Source of the DNA: Candidatus Kaiserbacteria bacterium | GTDB taxonomy: Bacteria; Patescibacteriota; Minisyncoccia; Phycocordibacterales; UBA918 | Direction of reading: 5' to 3' | NCBI GenBank assembly: GCA_016204695.1 | Contig: JACQKD010000008.1 | Coordinates: 33,178-97,177 of the forward strand | DNA length: 64,000 nucleotides | Shown here: positions 48,333 through 58,694 of the stretch, piece by piece | Layout: the number at the start of each line of letters is the position of its first letter | Position numbering within the stretch: position 1 is the first letter of the stretch | Position numbers and translations under genes: made by a program | The notes under the pieces: model-generated | The model's database searches: none | Told to the model about the DNA's origin: nothing | What the model saw: the letters and a program-made list of their open reading frames with translations, nothing else

Positions 48333-49787
48333 ATGGCTATGCAAGAGAAAGCTGGAGGGGGGAAATTTTATATCACCACGACACTGCCGTATGTGAACGC
48401 AAAGCCGCATATCGGCTTTGCGCTGGAAATAGTCCAGGCGGACGTCATCGCTCGATACAAGAAGCTCATGGGCTATGAGGTGTTTTTCAATACCGGCACC
48501 GACGAGCACGGACAGAAGATATACGACAAGGCGCTTGAAGAGGGGAAAGATCCGCAGGCGTATACCGACGAATATGCCGAAAAGTTTCGAGTGCTGAAAG
48601 ACGCACTTGGTCTTGACGGCGAGACGCTTCATTTTATCCGCACCACCGACCCGCATCACAAACACGCGGCGCAGGTTTTTTGGCAGAGGTGTGCGGAAAA
48701 TGGCGATATCTATAAAAAGCTGTACAAAATCAAATACTGCGTCGGTTGCGAGCTTGAAAAAACCGACTCGGAGCTTGAAGACGGACACTGCCCGCTCCAT
48801 CCTTCGCAGGAGCTGCAGGTTCGCGAAGAGGAAAATTACTTCTTCAGATTCTCGAAGTACCAACAGGCGTTGCTCGACCTGTATGCGTCTCGTCCGGACT
48901 TCGTGGTTCCGGATTTCAGACAGAACGAAATCAAACTGTTTGTCGAACGAGGACTTGAGGACTTCAGCATCTCGCGGCTGAAAGAAAAAATGCCGTGGGG
49001 CGTACCGGTGCCCGGAGACGATGAACATGTCATGTATGTGTGGTTTGACGCGCTTATCAACTACATCTCGACGCTCGGCTGGCCGGAGAAAGAAGATTTC
49101 GGCGGCTTTTGGCCCGGCGTCCAGCTCGCGGGGAAGGACAATCTCCGCCAGCAGACGGCGATGTGGCAGGCGATGCTCATGTCGGCAAAGCTCCCAAACT
49201 CGGCACAGATAAAAGTCGGCGGATTCATTACCTCCGGCGGACAAAAGATGTCGAAGTCGCTCGGCAATGTCATCGATCCGCTTGAGCTTGTCGCGGAATA
49301 TGGCACGGAAGCGGTGCGCTATTATCTCATGCGCCACGTGCATCCGTTTGAGGACAGTGACTTTACGATGGAGCGTTTCAAGGAGGCATACAACGCCAAT
49401 CTCGCCAATGGCATCGGCAATCAAGTCGCGCGCGTTATGATGCTTGCACAGACACATCTTGATGCGCCGGTGGAAGTCGAAGAAAGAGGTATCGAAGGTG
49501 CCGTGGGCGAGAAAGTGGAGCGGTACGCGTTTAACGAAGCCATGGACATCATCTTTGAGCATATCCAGAAAGGCGATCTGTATATGCAGGAGCATGAGCC
49601 ATACAAAGCGATCAAGTCAGATGACGTGGCGGTGCGTGCAAAAGCCCAAGAAGACATCATAAAAATGGTACGGCACATTTACCATATCGCCTCTGCGCTC
49701 GAGCCCTTCATGCCCGAAACCGCGGAGAAAATAAAAGCAACCGTCCGCGCAAACGAAAAACCCGAGACATTGTTTGTGCGGAAGTAG
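48333..49787 (+). CDS. metG: methionine--tRNA ligase (core, no C-terminal extension)
   Basis: TLPYVNAKPHIGFALEIVQADVIARY aligns with the MetRS HIGH region but reads H-I-G-F. KMSKS is present (GGQKMSKSLGN). ATG at 48333 lies 4 nt after the glyQS stop. Confidence 0.85.
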   Translation: MAMQEKAGGGKFYITTTLPYVNAKPHIGFALEIVQADVIARYKKLMGYEVFFNTGTDEHGQKIYDKALEEGKDPQAYTDEYAEKFRVLKDALGLDGETLHFIRTTDPHHKHAAQVFWQRCAENGDIYKKLYKIKYCVGCELEKTDSELEDGHCPLHPSQELQVREEENYFFRFSKYQQALLDLYASRPDFVVPDFRQNEIKLFVERGLEDFSISRLKEKMPWGVPVPGDDEHVMYVWFDALINYISTLGWPEKEDFGGFWPGVQLAGKDNLRQQTAMWQAMLMSAKLPNSAQIKVGGFITSGGQKMSKSLGNVIDPLELVAEYGTEAVRYYLMRHVHPFEDSDFTMERFKEAYNANLANGIGNQVARVMMLAQTHLDAPVEVEERGIEGAVGEKVERYAFNEAMDIIFEHIQKGDLYMQEHEPYKAIKSDDVAVRAKAQEDIIKMVRHIYHIASALEPFMPETAEKIKATVRANEKPETLFVRK

Positions 49788-49801
49788 CTGTTTCATATAG
49801 T

Positions 49802-50650
49802 ATGAGGAACTTTGAGTATGTAGATGTTCATACGCATGTCAATTTGGCGGCGTTTAAGGATGACCAGGATGCGGTGACACGGCGCGCGCTTTCTGCGGGA
49901 GTGACGCATATCAATGTGGGAACGCAGAGAGATACGTCGCAAGCGGCGGTTGCGCTCGCGGAAAAGTACGAGGAGGGTGTGTATGCGGCGATTGGTTTGC
50001 ATCCCGTGCATACGTCAAAAAGCTTTCACGACGTGCAGGAGCTTGACTCCGAGCCGACTGCGGATACGAAAGGATTCAACTCTCGCGGCGAAGTCTTCGA
50101 CCAGGATTTTTATAAAAAACTCGCAGGGCATCCGAAAGTGGTCGCAATCGGCGAGTGCGGACTCGACTATTACCGCCTTGAGGAGAATACATCTGCCGTA
50201 CAAAAAGAAGCGTTTGTTTCGCAGATAGAACTTGCAAACGAGGTGGGGAAGCCGCTCATGCTCCATATTCGCTCCGGCTCGGGCGCGAATGCGTATCGCG
50301 ATGCGTACGAGCTTCTCAAGGCGCATGCCAAAGTGCTCGGCAATGTCCATTTTTTCGCCGGTTCCATAGAAGACGCAAAGCGGTTTCTCGATATGGGATA
50401 CACCGTTTCATTCACGGGTGTCATCACATTTACCCATGACTACGACGAGGTCGTCGCATACGCCCCGCTTGATATGCTTCACGCCGAGACCGATGCGCCG
50501 TATGTCACGCCAGTGCCACTGCGCGGAGAGCGCAACGAGCCGTTCAATGTCCAAGAAGTCGTCAAAAAAATCGCCGAAATAAAAAAGATGGATTTTGAAA
50601 GAGTGCGGACGCAACTTCGAAAAAATGCAAAAAGGATATTTAGCATATAG
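49802..50650 (+). CDS. tatD: TatD family metal-dependent hydrolase/DNase
   Basis: VDVHTHVN..., ...GECGLDY..., ...HIRS... and ...HFFAGS... metal-ligand motifs. It follows metG, as in many bacteria. Confidence 0.8.
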   Translation: MRNFEYVDVHTHVNLAAFKDDQDAVTRRALSAGVTHINVGTQRDTSQAAVALAEKYEEGVYAAIGLHPVHTSKSFHDVQELDSEPTADTKGFNSRGEVFDQDFYKKLAGHPKVVAIGECGLDYYRLEENTSAVQKEAFVSQIELANEVGKPLMLHIRSGSGANAYRDAYELLKAHAKVLGNVHFFAGSIEDAKRFLDMGYTVSFTGVITFTHDYDEVVAYAPLDMLHAETDAPYVTPVPLRGERNEPFNVQEVVKKIAEIKKMDFERVRTQLRKNAKRIFSI

Positions 50651-50724
50651 GTCCGGTCGTTACTGTGAAATGAGTAGAGGCAGATCTGGGGGATCTGCCT
50701 CTGGTGACGCGAGGGTGGCGGCAA

Positions 50725-51021
50725 CTACGCTATCCTGCACGAGCACGTCAGATGGGCAAGCACCCCTCCGACTTTTTGTTCGACGACTTTCGCGGTTTCA
50801 ATCCTGTCATGCCATGCTCGCCGACTATCAGACAGTTGTATCCAAACATCGCCTCCTCGGCTATGGAGTGCAGGTATGATCACCAAGTCGGTTTCGGTTT
50901 TTGGTACTCCCGTCACTTCTGTGACAATATCGCTGATGACATCGTCAACGCGAGCGCACGTTCCCTCTAATGCCCTCTGTGCCCTTGGGGACAACAGCAC
51001 TACGATGCTAATCTGTGGCAT
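50725..51021 (-). CDS. 4-oxalocrotonate tautomerase-family-like small protein
   Basis: Starts MPQISIVVLLSPRAQRALEGT...VTEVTGVPKTETDLVIIPAL...GG: Pro-1 after Met, an alternating hydrophobic beta strand, and a V-x-V-x-I second strand. Confidence 0.4.
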   Translation of the reverse strand: MPQISIVVLLSPRAQRALEGTCARVDDVISDIVTEVTGVPKTETDLVIIPALHSRGGDVWIQLSDSRRAWHDRIETAKVVEQKVGGVLAHLTCSCRIA

Positions 51022-51101
51022 GGGCGCGATCTCCTTATGGTCTGTTGAGACTCCACGGTTAGGCAAACTGACTGCGGGGGACTATACACGATATTTGTCC
51101 C

Positions 51102-52004
51102 CTAATCAAAAATCGAGATGAGATATTCGTCGAGGGTGCGCTGGTCGAGGTCATAGAAGTATTGTTCGTCTTCGTGGAGGTCTTTTGCCAAGTCGGTGCC
51201 GACGAAACGCCAGTGCCAGGGTTCAAAAATGTAGTAGGTGTTGTCTTCGGGATAGGAGAGTACAAAGCCGTACTTGTGGGCGTTGCCTTTGAGCCACTCG
51301 TATGCGGGAGTGGTATCGAAGCCCGAGAGCCCGCCGTCGAGATTTTTGGTGGTGAAGTCAATGGTGGTGCCAAGCTGGTGTTCGGAGTACCCTTGGTCGG
51401 CGGAGAAGGTATTTGCGCCCGAGCCGTAGGTGACGCTGTAGGCGGACTTCAAACCTTGTTGCGTTTCAAACGAACGGTATGCGGATACGACCCAGAGGTC
51501 GATATCGTCCTCTTTTGCTTCTGCGATCATATCCTCAAAGAAAGGTACAATCTCGCGCGCGAGGTAAAACTCTTTACTCTCGTCGTACCCGTATGCTTTT
51601 TCGAGCAGGACGAGCTTCTGCGGAGTATAGTGTTCGTTGAGGAAATACACCTTTGAATATTTTTTCAACAGCTCCGGGTCTGTTTTTGAGAGCTTGTCGA
51701 GTTTGCCCACCGTGCCGGTGATTTTTTCGATCTGTCCCGCAAAGGATTCATTCTTCTCTTTTTCGGCGTGGAGCGCTTCCGAGAGCGTATCGCGTTCTTT
51801 GGTCAACGATTCGACCGCTTCGGCAAGACGCTTGTTCTCGTCATGCGCCCCGTGCAACTCGGTGTCTCTGACATCGATCGTATACGTCAGCTCTTGTATG
51901 CTCCTGTATTGGCGATAGGTACCATAGCCGGCGGCAACAAGCGCGAGCCCAAGGAGTATCGACAGCAGGACGACGGGCCGGATATACGAGCGAAACAGTG
52001 CCAT
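51102..52004 (-). CDS. M15B (VanY-like) D-alanyl-D-alanine carboxypeptidase family protein, membrane-anchored
   Basis: N-terminal TM helix and coiled coil, then SAYRSFETQ, SEHQLGTTIDF and EPWHWRFVG, which are typical VanY/M15B zinc-binding motifs. Confidence 0.75.
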   Translation of the reverse strand: MALFRSYIRPVVLLSILLGLALVAAGYGTYRQYRSIQELTYTIDVRDTELHGAHDENKRLAEAVESLTKERDTLSEALHAEKEKNESFAGQIEKITGTVGKLDKLSKTDPELLKKYSKVYFLNEHYTPQKLVLLEKAYGYDESKEFYLAREIVPFFEDMIAEAKEDDIDLWVVSAYRSFETQQGLKSAYSVTYGSGANTFSADQGYSEHQLGTTIDFTTKNLDGGLSGFDTTPAYEWLKGNAHKYGFVLSYPEDNTYYIFEPWHWRFVGTDLAKDLHEDEQYFYDLDQRTLDEYLISIFD

Positions 52005-52093
52005 AACACCTCCAGTCTAGCATGGCCCGCGACTTCCCAACGGTCGGGTTCTATGGTACGGTACTCCCACTTATTAGCAGATAAGATATACAG

Positions 52094-52624
52094 ATGGACG
52101 AAGAAAATATACCGGCAACCGAGGCACAGGGAGATGAGCAAGCCGATGAGGCCGCTCACTACGAATGTGCTTTCCACATACTTCCAACGGTTGCCGATGG
52201 GGAAGTTTCCGTCGTGGTGGATGCGTTAAAGGCCATCGTGACCCATGCGGGCGGCACGGTGACCCACGACGAAATAGTGCCGCGTTATGATCTTGCGTAT
52301 GAGATTATAAAGTCGGTTGACGGTGTCAGCCGGCGCTTCAATGCGGCGCATTTCGGATGGATGCGTTTTACAGTTGCGCCTGCGGCGCTTCCGGGTATTA
52401 CCGAAGAATATGCGCGCCGGCCGGAAATCCTGCGGCACCTTGTCATAAAACTTACGCGGGAAGAGGTCGAAAAGCCTTTTTCTCTCGTGGATCTGCATAA
52501 ACCCGAGGGGGAGCCGGCGGGGGATGGAACATCGGGACATGAGGATGCGGAAGCGGTCGTCGTGTCTACGGAAGGAACATCGGAAGAGTCACGAGAGAAA
52601 GTTCAAGGGGAAGATGTTGCCTAG
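52094..52624 (+). CDS. rpsF: 30S ribosomal protein S6 with an acidic C-terminal extension
   Basis: YECAFHILPTV...RYDLAYEI...AHFGWMRF core. The start codon is uncertain. It begins the rpsF-ssb-rpsR block. Confidence 0.7.
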   Translation: MDEENIPATEAQGDEQADEAAHYECAFHILPTVADGEVSVVVDALKAIVTHAGGTVTHDEIVPRYDLAYEIIKSVDGVSRRFNAAHFGWMRFTVAPAALPGITEEYARRPEILRHLVIKLTREEVEKPFSLVDLHKPEGEPAGDGTSGHEDAEAVVVSTEGTSEESREKVQGEDVA

Positions 52625-52694
52625 CGCGCCCCAATGTATACTATGGGGTATAGTATAAGGATACGTTGTTTATACACCTCACTCATCACACGCT

Positions 52695-53153
52695 ATGTAT
52701 CTGAACAAAGTGCTTATTTACGGCAATCTTACCCGCGATCCTGAAGTGAAGTCGCTTCCGAGCGGCACGCAGGTCTGCTCGTTCTCGCTTGCGACCAATC
52801 GCGTATATAAGGACAAAGATGGGCAAAAACAGGAGGCGGTCGAGTATCACAATGTCGTCGCGTTTGCCCGCCCGGCCGAGCTTATCGGTCAATACATGAA
52901 GAAGGGTCGCCCGCTCTTTGTCGAAGGACGGCTTCAAACTCGCTCGTGGGACAAGGACGGCCAGAAGCAGTACCGCACCGAAATTGTCGTGGACAACTTC
53001 CAGTTTGGCGATGGCGGCTCCGGCCGCGGCGGTGCGACGGGGGGCGATAGCGCTCCTCGTACGAGCGAGAAAGAGAATGCGGGCGCTCCCGCCGACGGCG
53101 GCCCGGTGGACTATCCTGAAGAAGAGATAAACCCTGACGATATCCCGTTCTAG
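52695..53153 (+). CDS. ssb: single-stranded DNA-binding protein
   Basis: OB-fold (MYLNKVLIYGNLTRDPEVKSLPSGTQVCSFSLATNR), a Gly-rich linker and an acidic DDIPF tail. Confidence 0.85.
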   Translation: MYLNKVLIYGNLTRDPEVKSLPSGTQVCSFSLATNRVYKDKDGQKQEAVEYHNVVAFARPAELIGQYMKKGRPLFVEGRLQTRSWDKDGQKQYRTEIVVDNFQFGDGGSGRGGATGGDSAPRTSEKENAGAPADGGPVDYPEEEINPDDIPF

Positions 53154-53157
53154 GAGA

Positions 53158-53409
53158 ATGATAAAAATTTCATTAGACAGACACATGGCAACAGAAAAAG
53201 AAAATCAGAATAAAGAAACGAAAAGCAACATGCGCGGCGAACTTCATTTCGACTACAAGAATGTCGTTCTGCTTGAGGAATACATCAATCCGCATGCGCG
53301 AATCCTCTCGCGTCGGCGTACACAGCTCTCGGCGCGCAAACAGCGCGAATTGGCGACCGCCATCAAACGCGCCCGCTTCATGGCGCTCATGCCGTATAGC
53401 GCACGATAG
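53158..53409 (+). CDS. rpsR: 30S ribosomal protein S18
   Basis: FDYKNVVLLEEYINPHARILSRRRTQLSARKQRELATAIKRARFMALMPY. Confidence 0.8.
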   Translation: MIKISLDRHMATEKENQNKETKSNMRGELHFDYKNVVLLEEYINPHARILSRRRTQLSARKQRELATAIKRARFMALMPYSAR

Positions 53410-53426
53410 AGGTCGAGGAAGATACG

Positions 53427-53460
53427 AAAACAGGCGCGGCGAAAGCCGCGCCTGTTTTTA
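53427..53460 (+). terminator. rho-independent terminator after rpsR
   Basis: aaaacaggcgcggc-gaaa-gccgcgcctgtttt, then ta. Confidence 0.7.
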
Positions 53461-53484
53461 GATTCTCAATCCGGTTCTTTCAAT

Positions 53485-54060
53485 CTAACTCTTCGATATG
53501 CGCTCGGTATATTCGTCAGTCTCGGTATTGATGCGGATGACGTCGCCTTGATTGATGAACATGGGGACCATGATCGTGGCGCCGGTTTCGAGCACAACTT
53601 CCTTTGTGGCGCCCTGGGCGGTGTTGCCCTTGGTCGCAGGGTCGGCTTCCGTGACCATAAGCTCCATCTTGATCGGTAGTGTTACGCCGATAATCTCGTC
53701 ATTGTAGACGATTGCGGTCACTTCGCTTTTCGGCTTCAAATACTTGCCGGCGGGGCCGACGAGATCTTCGGCAAGAGAAAATCGTTTTGACGGGTCGTCC
53801 GGTTCGCAGAAAAAGTACTCGCCGCGGTTTCCGTAGAGGAAGGTGATGGGGCGGTCGGAGATATCCGCTTCCCGCACGCTCTCATTCTGATGAAATGTCT
53901 GCTCGATGAATTTGCCCGATTTCAGGCCCTTGAGCTTTGTCTGATTGACCGGTTTGCGCTGTTGTTTGCGGAAGACGTGCGCGGACACCACGACAAAAGG
54001 TTCGTCATTGTGGATAATAACTTTCTTCGGGAGTATTTCGTTGTATGCGAGCATGGCCAT
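53485..54060 (-). CDS. efp: elongation factor P
   Basis: 191 aa with three OB-like domains and the KxGKG-type loop region (LKSGKF...). Confidence 0.85.
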   Translation of the reverse strand: MAMLAYNEILPKKVIIHNDEPFVVVSAHVFRKQQRKPVNQTKLKGLKSGKFIEQTFHQNESVREADISDRPITFLYGNRGEYFFCEPDDPSKRFSLAEDLVGPAGKYLKPKSEVTAIVYNDEIIGVTLPIKMELMVTEADPATKGNTAQGATKEVVLETGATIMVPMFINQGDVIRINTETDEYTERISKS

Positions 54061-54099
54061 GGGAATATTTTTACACAGAAAGACACACTATCACATTCC

Positions 54100-54192
54100 G
54101 CTGAAAATCGCGATCCGCGTTGTTGCGGAGCCTTGGTCGCCGTATTATTCATGCGTCTTCCGCGCCTAGCGGCCCATCGGTTTTCATCGGGG
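54100..54192 (+). repeat. family B repeat, copy 4 (shorter)
   Basis: gctgaaaatcgcgatccgcgttgttgcggagccttggtcgccgtattattcatgcgtcttccgcgcctagcggcccatcggttttcatcgg: the core is conserved and the ends are again mutually complementary. Confidence 0.65.
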
Positions 54193-54201
54193 GTGTCGCC
54201 G

Positions 54202-55257
54202 CTACTCTTTTTTCAGCTCTACTCGGATTTCTTTCAAAAGTTGGTCGCCGACTTTCTTGTTCTCGCGGAGATAGGTGCGCGCGGCATCGTATCCGCGGCC
54301 GAGTTTGTGTTCGCCGTAGTTGTAGGACGATCCTGATTTGCCGACCAACTTGAATTTTTCGCCGAGTGCGAGGAGCTCGCCTTCGCGGCTGATGCCTTCG
54401 TTGTAGATGAGGTCAAACTCGGTGGATTGGAATGGCGCGGCGACTTTGTTTTTTACCACTTTCACGCGGTGCCGCCCGCCGACCACCTCATCGCCTTTTT
54501 TGATCTGCGCGATGCGACGGATGTCGAGACGCACCGATGTGTAAAATTTGAGCGCCTTGCCGCCCGGCGTGGTCTCGGGATTGCCGAACATCACGCCGAT
54601 CTGCATGCGGATCTGATTGATGAAAATAACGACTGTCTTTGTTTTGGATACGATCGCCGTGAGCTTGCGTAACGCTTGCGACATAAGCCGCGCCTGCTTG
54701 CCGACATGGTGCGCGCCCATTTCGCCTTCGATTTCGTCTTTCGGGGTAAGCGCGGCGACCGAGTCGATGACGACGACATCGACCTTGCCCGATCGCACGA
54801 GTGACTCGACGATTTCAAGCGCCTGCTCGCCGGTGTCCGGCTGTGAGATCAAAAGTTCCTCGATTTTCACTCCGATTTTTTTCGCGTATTCCGGGTCGAG
54901 CGCATGCTCGGCGTCGATAAACGCGCAGATGCCTCCGGCGCGCTGGGCCTCCGCGATCACGTGGAGGGTGAGCGTGGTTTTCCCCGACGCTTCCGGTCCG
55001 AATATCTCGATGACGCGCCCGCGGGGAAGTCCGCCGATGCCGAGTGCGTCATCAAGACCGATCGAACCGGTAGGGATCGCATCGACGTCCACCTTCTGCT
55101 GATCGCCGAGCATCATCATTGCTTCGTCGCCGAATTTCGTCTTGATGCTCCGCAGGGTTTCCGCGATGTCCGCGATACTGCGTCTCGGTTCAGAGACACC
55201 CTCTGCATTCGCAACAACGGGGTCTTTTGGTTTCGGCATGGTTTTTTTCGGTGCCAT
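54202..55257 (-). CDS. recA: recombinase RecA
   Basis: Walker [11 protein letters not shown], the L1/L2 loop regions, and high similarity throughout. Confidence 0.95.
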   Translation of the reverse strand: MAPKKTMPKPKDPVVANAEGVSEPRRSIADIAETLRSIKTKFGDEAMMMLGDQQKVDVDAIPTGSIGLDDALGIGGLPRGRVIEIFGPEASGKTTLTLHVIAEAQRAGGICAFIDAEHALDPEYAKKIGVKIEELLISQPDTGEQALEIVESLVRSGKVDVVVIDSVAALTPKDEIEGEMGAHHVGKQARLMSQALRKLTAIVSKTKTVVIFINQIRMQIGVMFGNPETTPGGKALKFYTSVRLDIRRIAQIKKGDEVVGGRHRVKVVKNKVAAPFQSTEFDLIYNEGISREGELLALGEKFKLVGKSGSSYNYGEHKLGRGYDAARTYLRENKKVGDQLLKEIRVELKKE

Positions 55258-55277
55258 AGAAGTACTGTTAGAGATGA

Positions 55278-55658
55278 TTAACGCTCGTCCGCGCTACTGT
55301 ATGCCGGTGCATACACGAGTGCCTGTTCAAGTGTTTTTTTGCGGCCATAGCGGTCCTTTGCGCGCAACGTCAGTATAGTATACCCGTTTTCGAGCACCAA
55401 CGCTTCTTGAAAATGGCCCTCGTCGTCGGTAAATATCGGTCGATCGTTGAGGGTGATCGTCGTCACGTTGCGGGCCGTGCCGCTCACGGTCGTCACGCGG
55501 CCGCTTTGCGCAACCGGCATGGGATCAAGGGTGAGTGCGGGACCGGTGATCAACGGCCATGCCTGGAAGACGATGTACCACCCGAGCGCGGCTGTCGCGG
55601 CCGCGCCGGCAAGCCACTTCAAGAGGCGTCCGAGTGTGTACGAACGGTATGTACTCAT
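55278..55658 (-). CDS. hypothetical membrane-anchored protein with an Ig/carboxypeptidase-regulatory-like beta domain
   Basis: N-terminal TM helix followed by a beta-rich domain. Overlaps the ftsK stop by 4 nt and is probably co-transcribed. Confidence 0.35.
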   Translation of the reverse strand: MSTYRSYTLGRLLKWLAGAAATAALGWYIVFQAWPLITGPALTLDPMPVAQSGRVTTVSGTARNVTTITLNDRPIFTDDEGHFQEALVLENGYTILTLRAKDRYGRKKTLEQALVYAPAYSSADER

Positions 55659-57784
55659 ACGGTGTTTCCCGCGTCGTCCTCACCCGGGGCCCGCAGGACT
55701 TCCCTCGGTCGTCCGCCGTCGGCCGGCCCGATCACGCCTCGTTCTTCGAGGAGGTCGACGAGTCGTGCCGCGCGCGAGTAGCCGATCCGCAGACGGCGCT
55801 GGAGGTAGGATGTCGAGGCCTTCCCGGCTTCGGTAACGAGACCTTTCGCTTCTTCGTACAGGTCGTCATCATCGTCATCGGCGACCGACGAGAAAAACGC
55901 ATCCGCCTCCACAGGATCTTTGCCGGCGCCCGAGAGATCAATCGCGTCGAGCTCCTGGGCGTCGTGCTGTTTGCGCAGGTACTCCGTGACTTTCTTGACT
56001 TCTCCTTCGGAAAGAAAGGCTGATTGGATACGCTTGGGCTTCGACATCTCGCCGGAGAGGTACAGCATGTCGCCCGCCCCCAGCAGTTTTTCCGCGCCCG
56101 TTTGATCGAGAATCGTGCGGGAGTCGATCTGCGATGCGACCTGCAGTGCGAGCCGAGTGGGGATATTGGCCTTGATCAGGCCGGTGATGACATTGACCGA
56201 TGGGCGTTGTGTCGAGAGCATGAGATGTATGCCGACCGCGCGGCTCATCTGTGCGAGCCGGACGACACATGCTTCAAGTTCGCGCGGATACGCTTGCATG
56301 ATATCGGCGAGTTCGTCGATGATAATGACGATGTACGGCAGGGGCTCGGGCATGTCCTCCGGCCCCTGCCCCTTCCGCGTCGCGTCGCGCGCGGGAAAAT
56401 AGACCGTCTCATGGTACGAGGCGAGATCGCGCACCCGTTCCGACTGGAGGATGTCGTATCGCCGTTCCATTTCTTTTGCCGCCCATTTGAGCGCGAGGAT
56501 GGTCTTCTTGGCATCGGTGATCACGGGGGTGAGAAGATGCGGGATGCCGTTGTAGAGCGTAAGCTCGACTCGCTTCGGGTCGACCATAATGAAGCGCAGT
56601 TGTTCGGGAGAATTGCGAAAGAGGAGCGAGGTTACGAGTGAGTGGATGGTCACCGACTTTCCGGACCCGGTGGTACCGGCGATGAGGATATGCGGCATCT
56701 GTGCGACATTTGCGAAGATGGCGCTCCCGGCGATGTCTTTGCCGAGCGCGACAAGGAGCGGCTTGGGCGAGTCCGTATATTCCGGAGAAGACAGGAGGGA
56801 CGCGAGACCCACCATCGACTTGGTCGTATTCGGCACTTCGATGCCGACGAGCGATTTTCCCGGTATCGGCGCTTCGATACGGACGGGGTGCGCCGCGAGC
56901 GCAAGCTCAAGGTTGTTTTGCAGGCCGACGATCTTTGAGATACGGACGCCCTCGGCGGGCTTCAGGGCATAACGGGTAACGGACGGTCCGATAGAGACCT
57001 CGTCCATCTCCACTTCGATATTGAAATTTTGGAGGGTGCGCTTGATGATGTTGGCGCTCGCTTTGACGTCGCCCACCCGCGCCGTACCTTTGTCTTTTTC
57101 AAGCAGGGAGAGAGGGGGAGGATCGTACGGACCGTAAAAATGGGACACCGCGAATGCGCCGCGCTTCCGTGATGCCGTATCAACCGCTTCCGGGATGTTT
57201 CCCCGTTGTTCGGGCGCTTCTTCCTCCGACGAGGGTATCGCCTGGTGAATGATCGGCTCGTCTATGATTGTCGGAGGCGCGGCCGGTTCATCTGTTTTTT
57301 CTTTTATGCCGAAACGGGGGACGGTAATGCCGATATTGAATGTAAGGAAGAGGCCGATGAGGGCGAGAGCGGAAAGGATAACGCTTGACGCGAGCGGACC
57401 GAGGAGGAAAGAAAAAGGCTTCGCGAAGATCATGCCGCCGATGCCGCCGGCGTGCGCGTCATAGAGACTCAACAAGCCGAGTAAGGCGAAGAACAGTAGG
57501 GCGACTCCCGCGATCTTTGCAATACCGACCTGCTCTTCCTCACGCGGATGCAGGAGTATGAACACATAGAGTGCGCAGGCTACCGGTGCGAGGAAAAATC
57601 CGACACCAAAAAGGTATCGCAGGGCGGTGTGAGCCATTTCTCCGGCGACTCCGGCGAGATCGAACGACGAGAGTATAAAAAAGATGCCAAGTACCACGAA
57701 CACGACGGCGGCTATCGCTTGTCGTGCGGCGGGCGCCACATCCTCAAAATAATTTTTTCGATACTGCTTCTTTCGGCGCGCCAT
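55655..57784 (-). CDS. ftsK: DNA translocase FtsK/SpoIIIE
   Basis: Four N-terminal TM helices, a linker, then an AAA+ motor with Walker A GTTGSGKS and a C-terminal gamma (winged-helix) domain. Confidence 0.9.
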   Translation of the reverse strand: MARRKKQYRKNYFEDVAPAARQAIAAVVFVVLGIFFILSSFDLAGVAGEMAHTALRYLFGVGFFLAPVACALYVFILLHPREEEQVGIAKIAGVALLFFALLGLLSLYDAHAGGIGGMIFAKPFSFLLGPLASSVILSALALIGLFLTFNIGITVPRFGIKEKTDEPAAPPTIIDEPIIHQAIPSSEEEAPEQRGNIPEAVDTASRKRGAFAVSHFYGPYDPPPLSLLEKDKGTARVGDVKASANIIKRTLQNFNIEVEMDEVSIGPSVTRYALKPAEGVRISKIVGLQNNLELALAAHPVRIEAPIPGKSLVGIEVPNTTKSMVGLASLLSSPEYTDSPKPLLVALGKDIAGSAIFANVAQMPHILIAGTTGSGKSVTIHSLVTSLLFRNSPEQLRFIMVDPKRVELTLYNGIPHLLTPVITDAKKTILALKWAAKEMERRYDILQSERVRDLASYHETVYFPARDATRKGQGPEDMPEPLPYIVIIIDELADIMQAYPRELEACVVRLAQMSRAVGIHLMLSTQRPSVNVITGLIKANIPTRLALQVASQIDSRTILDQTGAEKLLGAGDMLYLSGEMSKPKRIQSAFLSEGEVKKVTEYLRKQHDAQELDAIDLSGAGKDPVEADAFFSSVADDDDDDLYEEAKGLVTEAGKASTSYLQRRLRIGYSRAARLVDLLEERGVIGPADGGRPREVLRAPGEDDAGNTV

Positions 57785-57911
57785 GCGTGTGTAATATACA
57801 GGACAATACTAGCATGCCGTTCGATGGCGCGTCCCATAAAAATTCACAATGTACAGAAACACCTTCGAGGAGTATAGTACACGGAATAATGTCTTTTAGA
57901 CTAAAGGACGT

Positions 57912-58694
57912 ATGGATATAAAAAGAGGAATCAGCTTTTATAAATCGGACAACCTGTTGCTTTCAGACAGTGCCTATTATAAATATATTTTCAAAAAGAC
58001 AGAAAAAATAGTTTGTACTGTCTTTTATATTGTTGAACACTCCGATAAAGGACAAGATAATACTGCGTCAGTGTCCTTTATAGAATCGGCCAAGCGAACG
58101 CTTGATGCGGTGTTGAAGACGCTTTCGATCTCATCGTTTTCCGCCTATCAAGACCTCTACGCCTTTCTTCATGCGCTGGTGTCGCTTGAAAGCGCCACAA
58201 GAGTGGCACAGGCTACCGGGGTGCTGTCTGCAGAGATTGCGGACCTCCTGTCGCTTGAGATAAGCACGGTCGCCCGCGCAGTGCGACAGTATATCGCTCT
58301 CGAACGGAGCGACGCTCCCGGCATTGATTCATTTGGCGGTCTGGCCGCGGAGCCGGCGTCGACGATTGTCGGACGACCGGAGCGCGATCGCGCGAGAAGC
58401 GCGCAAGAACGCATGTACGATACTTCTCGCACACCCTCGATGACGTCGGTACAGAAGGGTCCGACTCCAAAAGAACAGACTTCATATAAAGGACAACATC
58501 TGGAACGGCGCAATGCCATAAAGGACATCTTGGCGTCTAAAGGACAATCAACTATAAAGGACATATGCGAAAAAATGCCTGAATATAAAGAAAAAACGAT
58601 ACAGAGGGAAGTTATATCCATGATAAAGGACGGTTTGATTGTAAAGGACGGAGATCGTCGATGGAGCAGGTATTCTCTCGCTCCCGGTGTGTAA
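57912..58694 (+). CDS. hypothetical protein with a C-terminal winged-helix-like DNA-binding domain (AT-rich islet)
   Basis: 260 aa. C-terminal ~70 aa (RRNAIKDILASKGQSTIKDICEKMPEYKEKTIQREVISMIKDGLIVKDGDRRWSRYSL) looks like a wHTH. The gene carries an array of TAAAGGAC motifs (see findings). Confidence 0.4.
   Translation: MDIKRGISFYKSDNLLLSDSAYYKYIFKKTEKIVCTVFYIVEHSDKGQDNTASVSFIESAKRTLDAVLKTLSISSFSAYQDLYAFLHALVSLESATRVAQATGVLSAEIADLLSLEISTVARAVRQYIALERSDAPGIDSFGGLAAEPASTIVGRPERDRARSAQERMYDTSRTPSMTSVQKGPTPKEQTSYKGQHLERRNAIKDILASKGQSTIKDICEKMPEYKEKTIQREVISMIKDGLIVKDGDRRWSRYSLAPGV

Noticed and set aside
50595-51121. ORFs 50595..50879(+) and 50876..51121(+)
   Set aside because: They overlap or lie antisense to the better-supported minus-strand tautomerase-like gene, and have no SD or recognisable features.
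57912-58694. Explaining the TAAAGGAC array purely as codon repetition (K-D / K-G-Q peptides)
   Set aside because: The motif occurs in at least two reading phases relative to the ORF, once in inverted orientation, and once upstream of the start codon (57902). Coding repetition alone does not account for that, so it is kept as a finding, with the caveat stated there.
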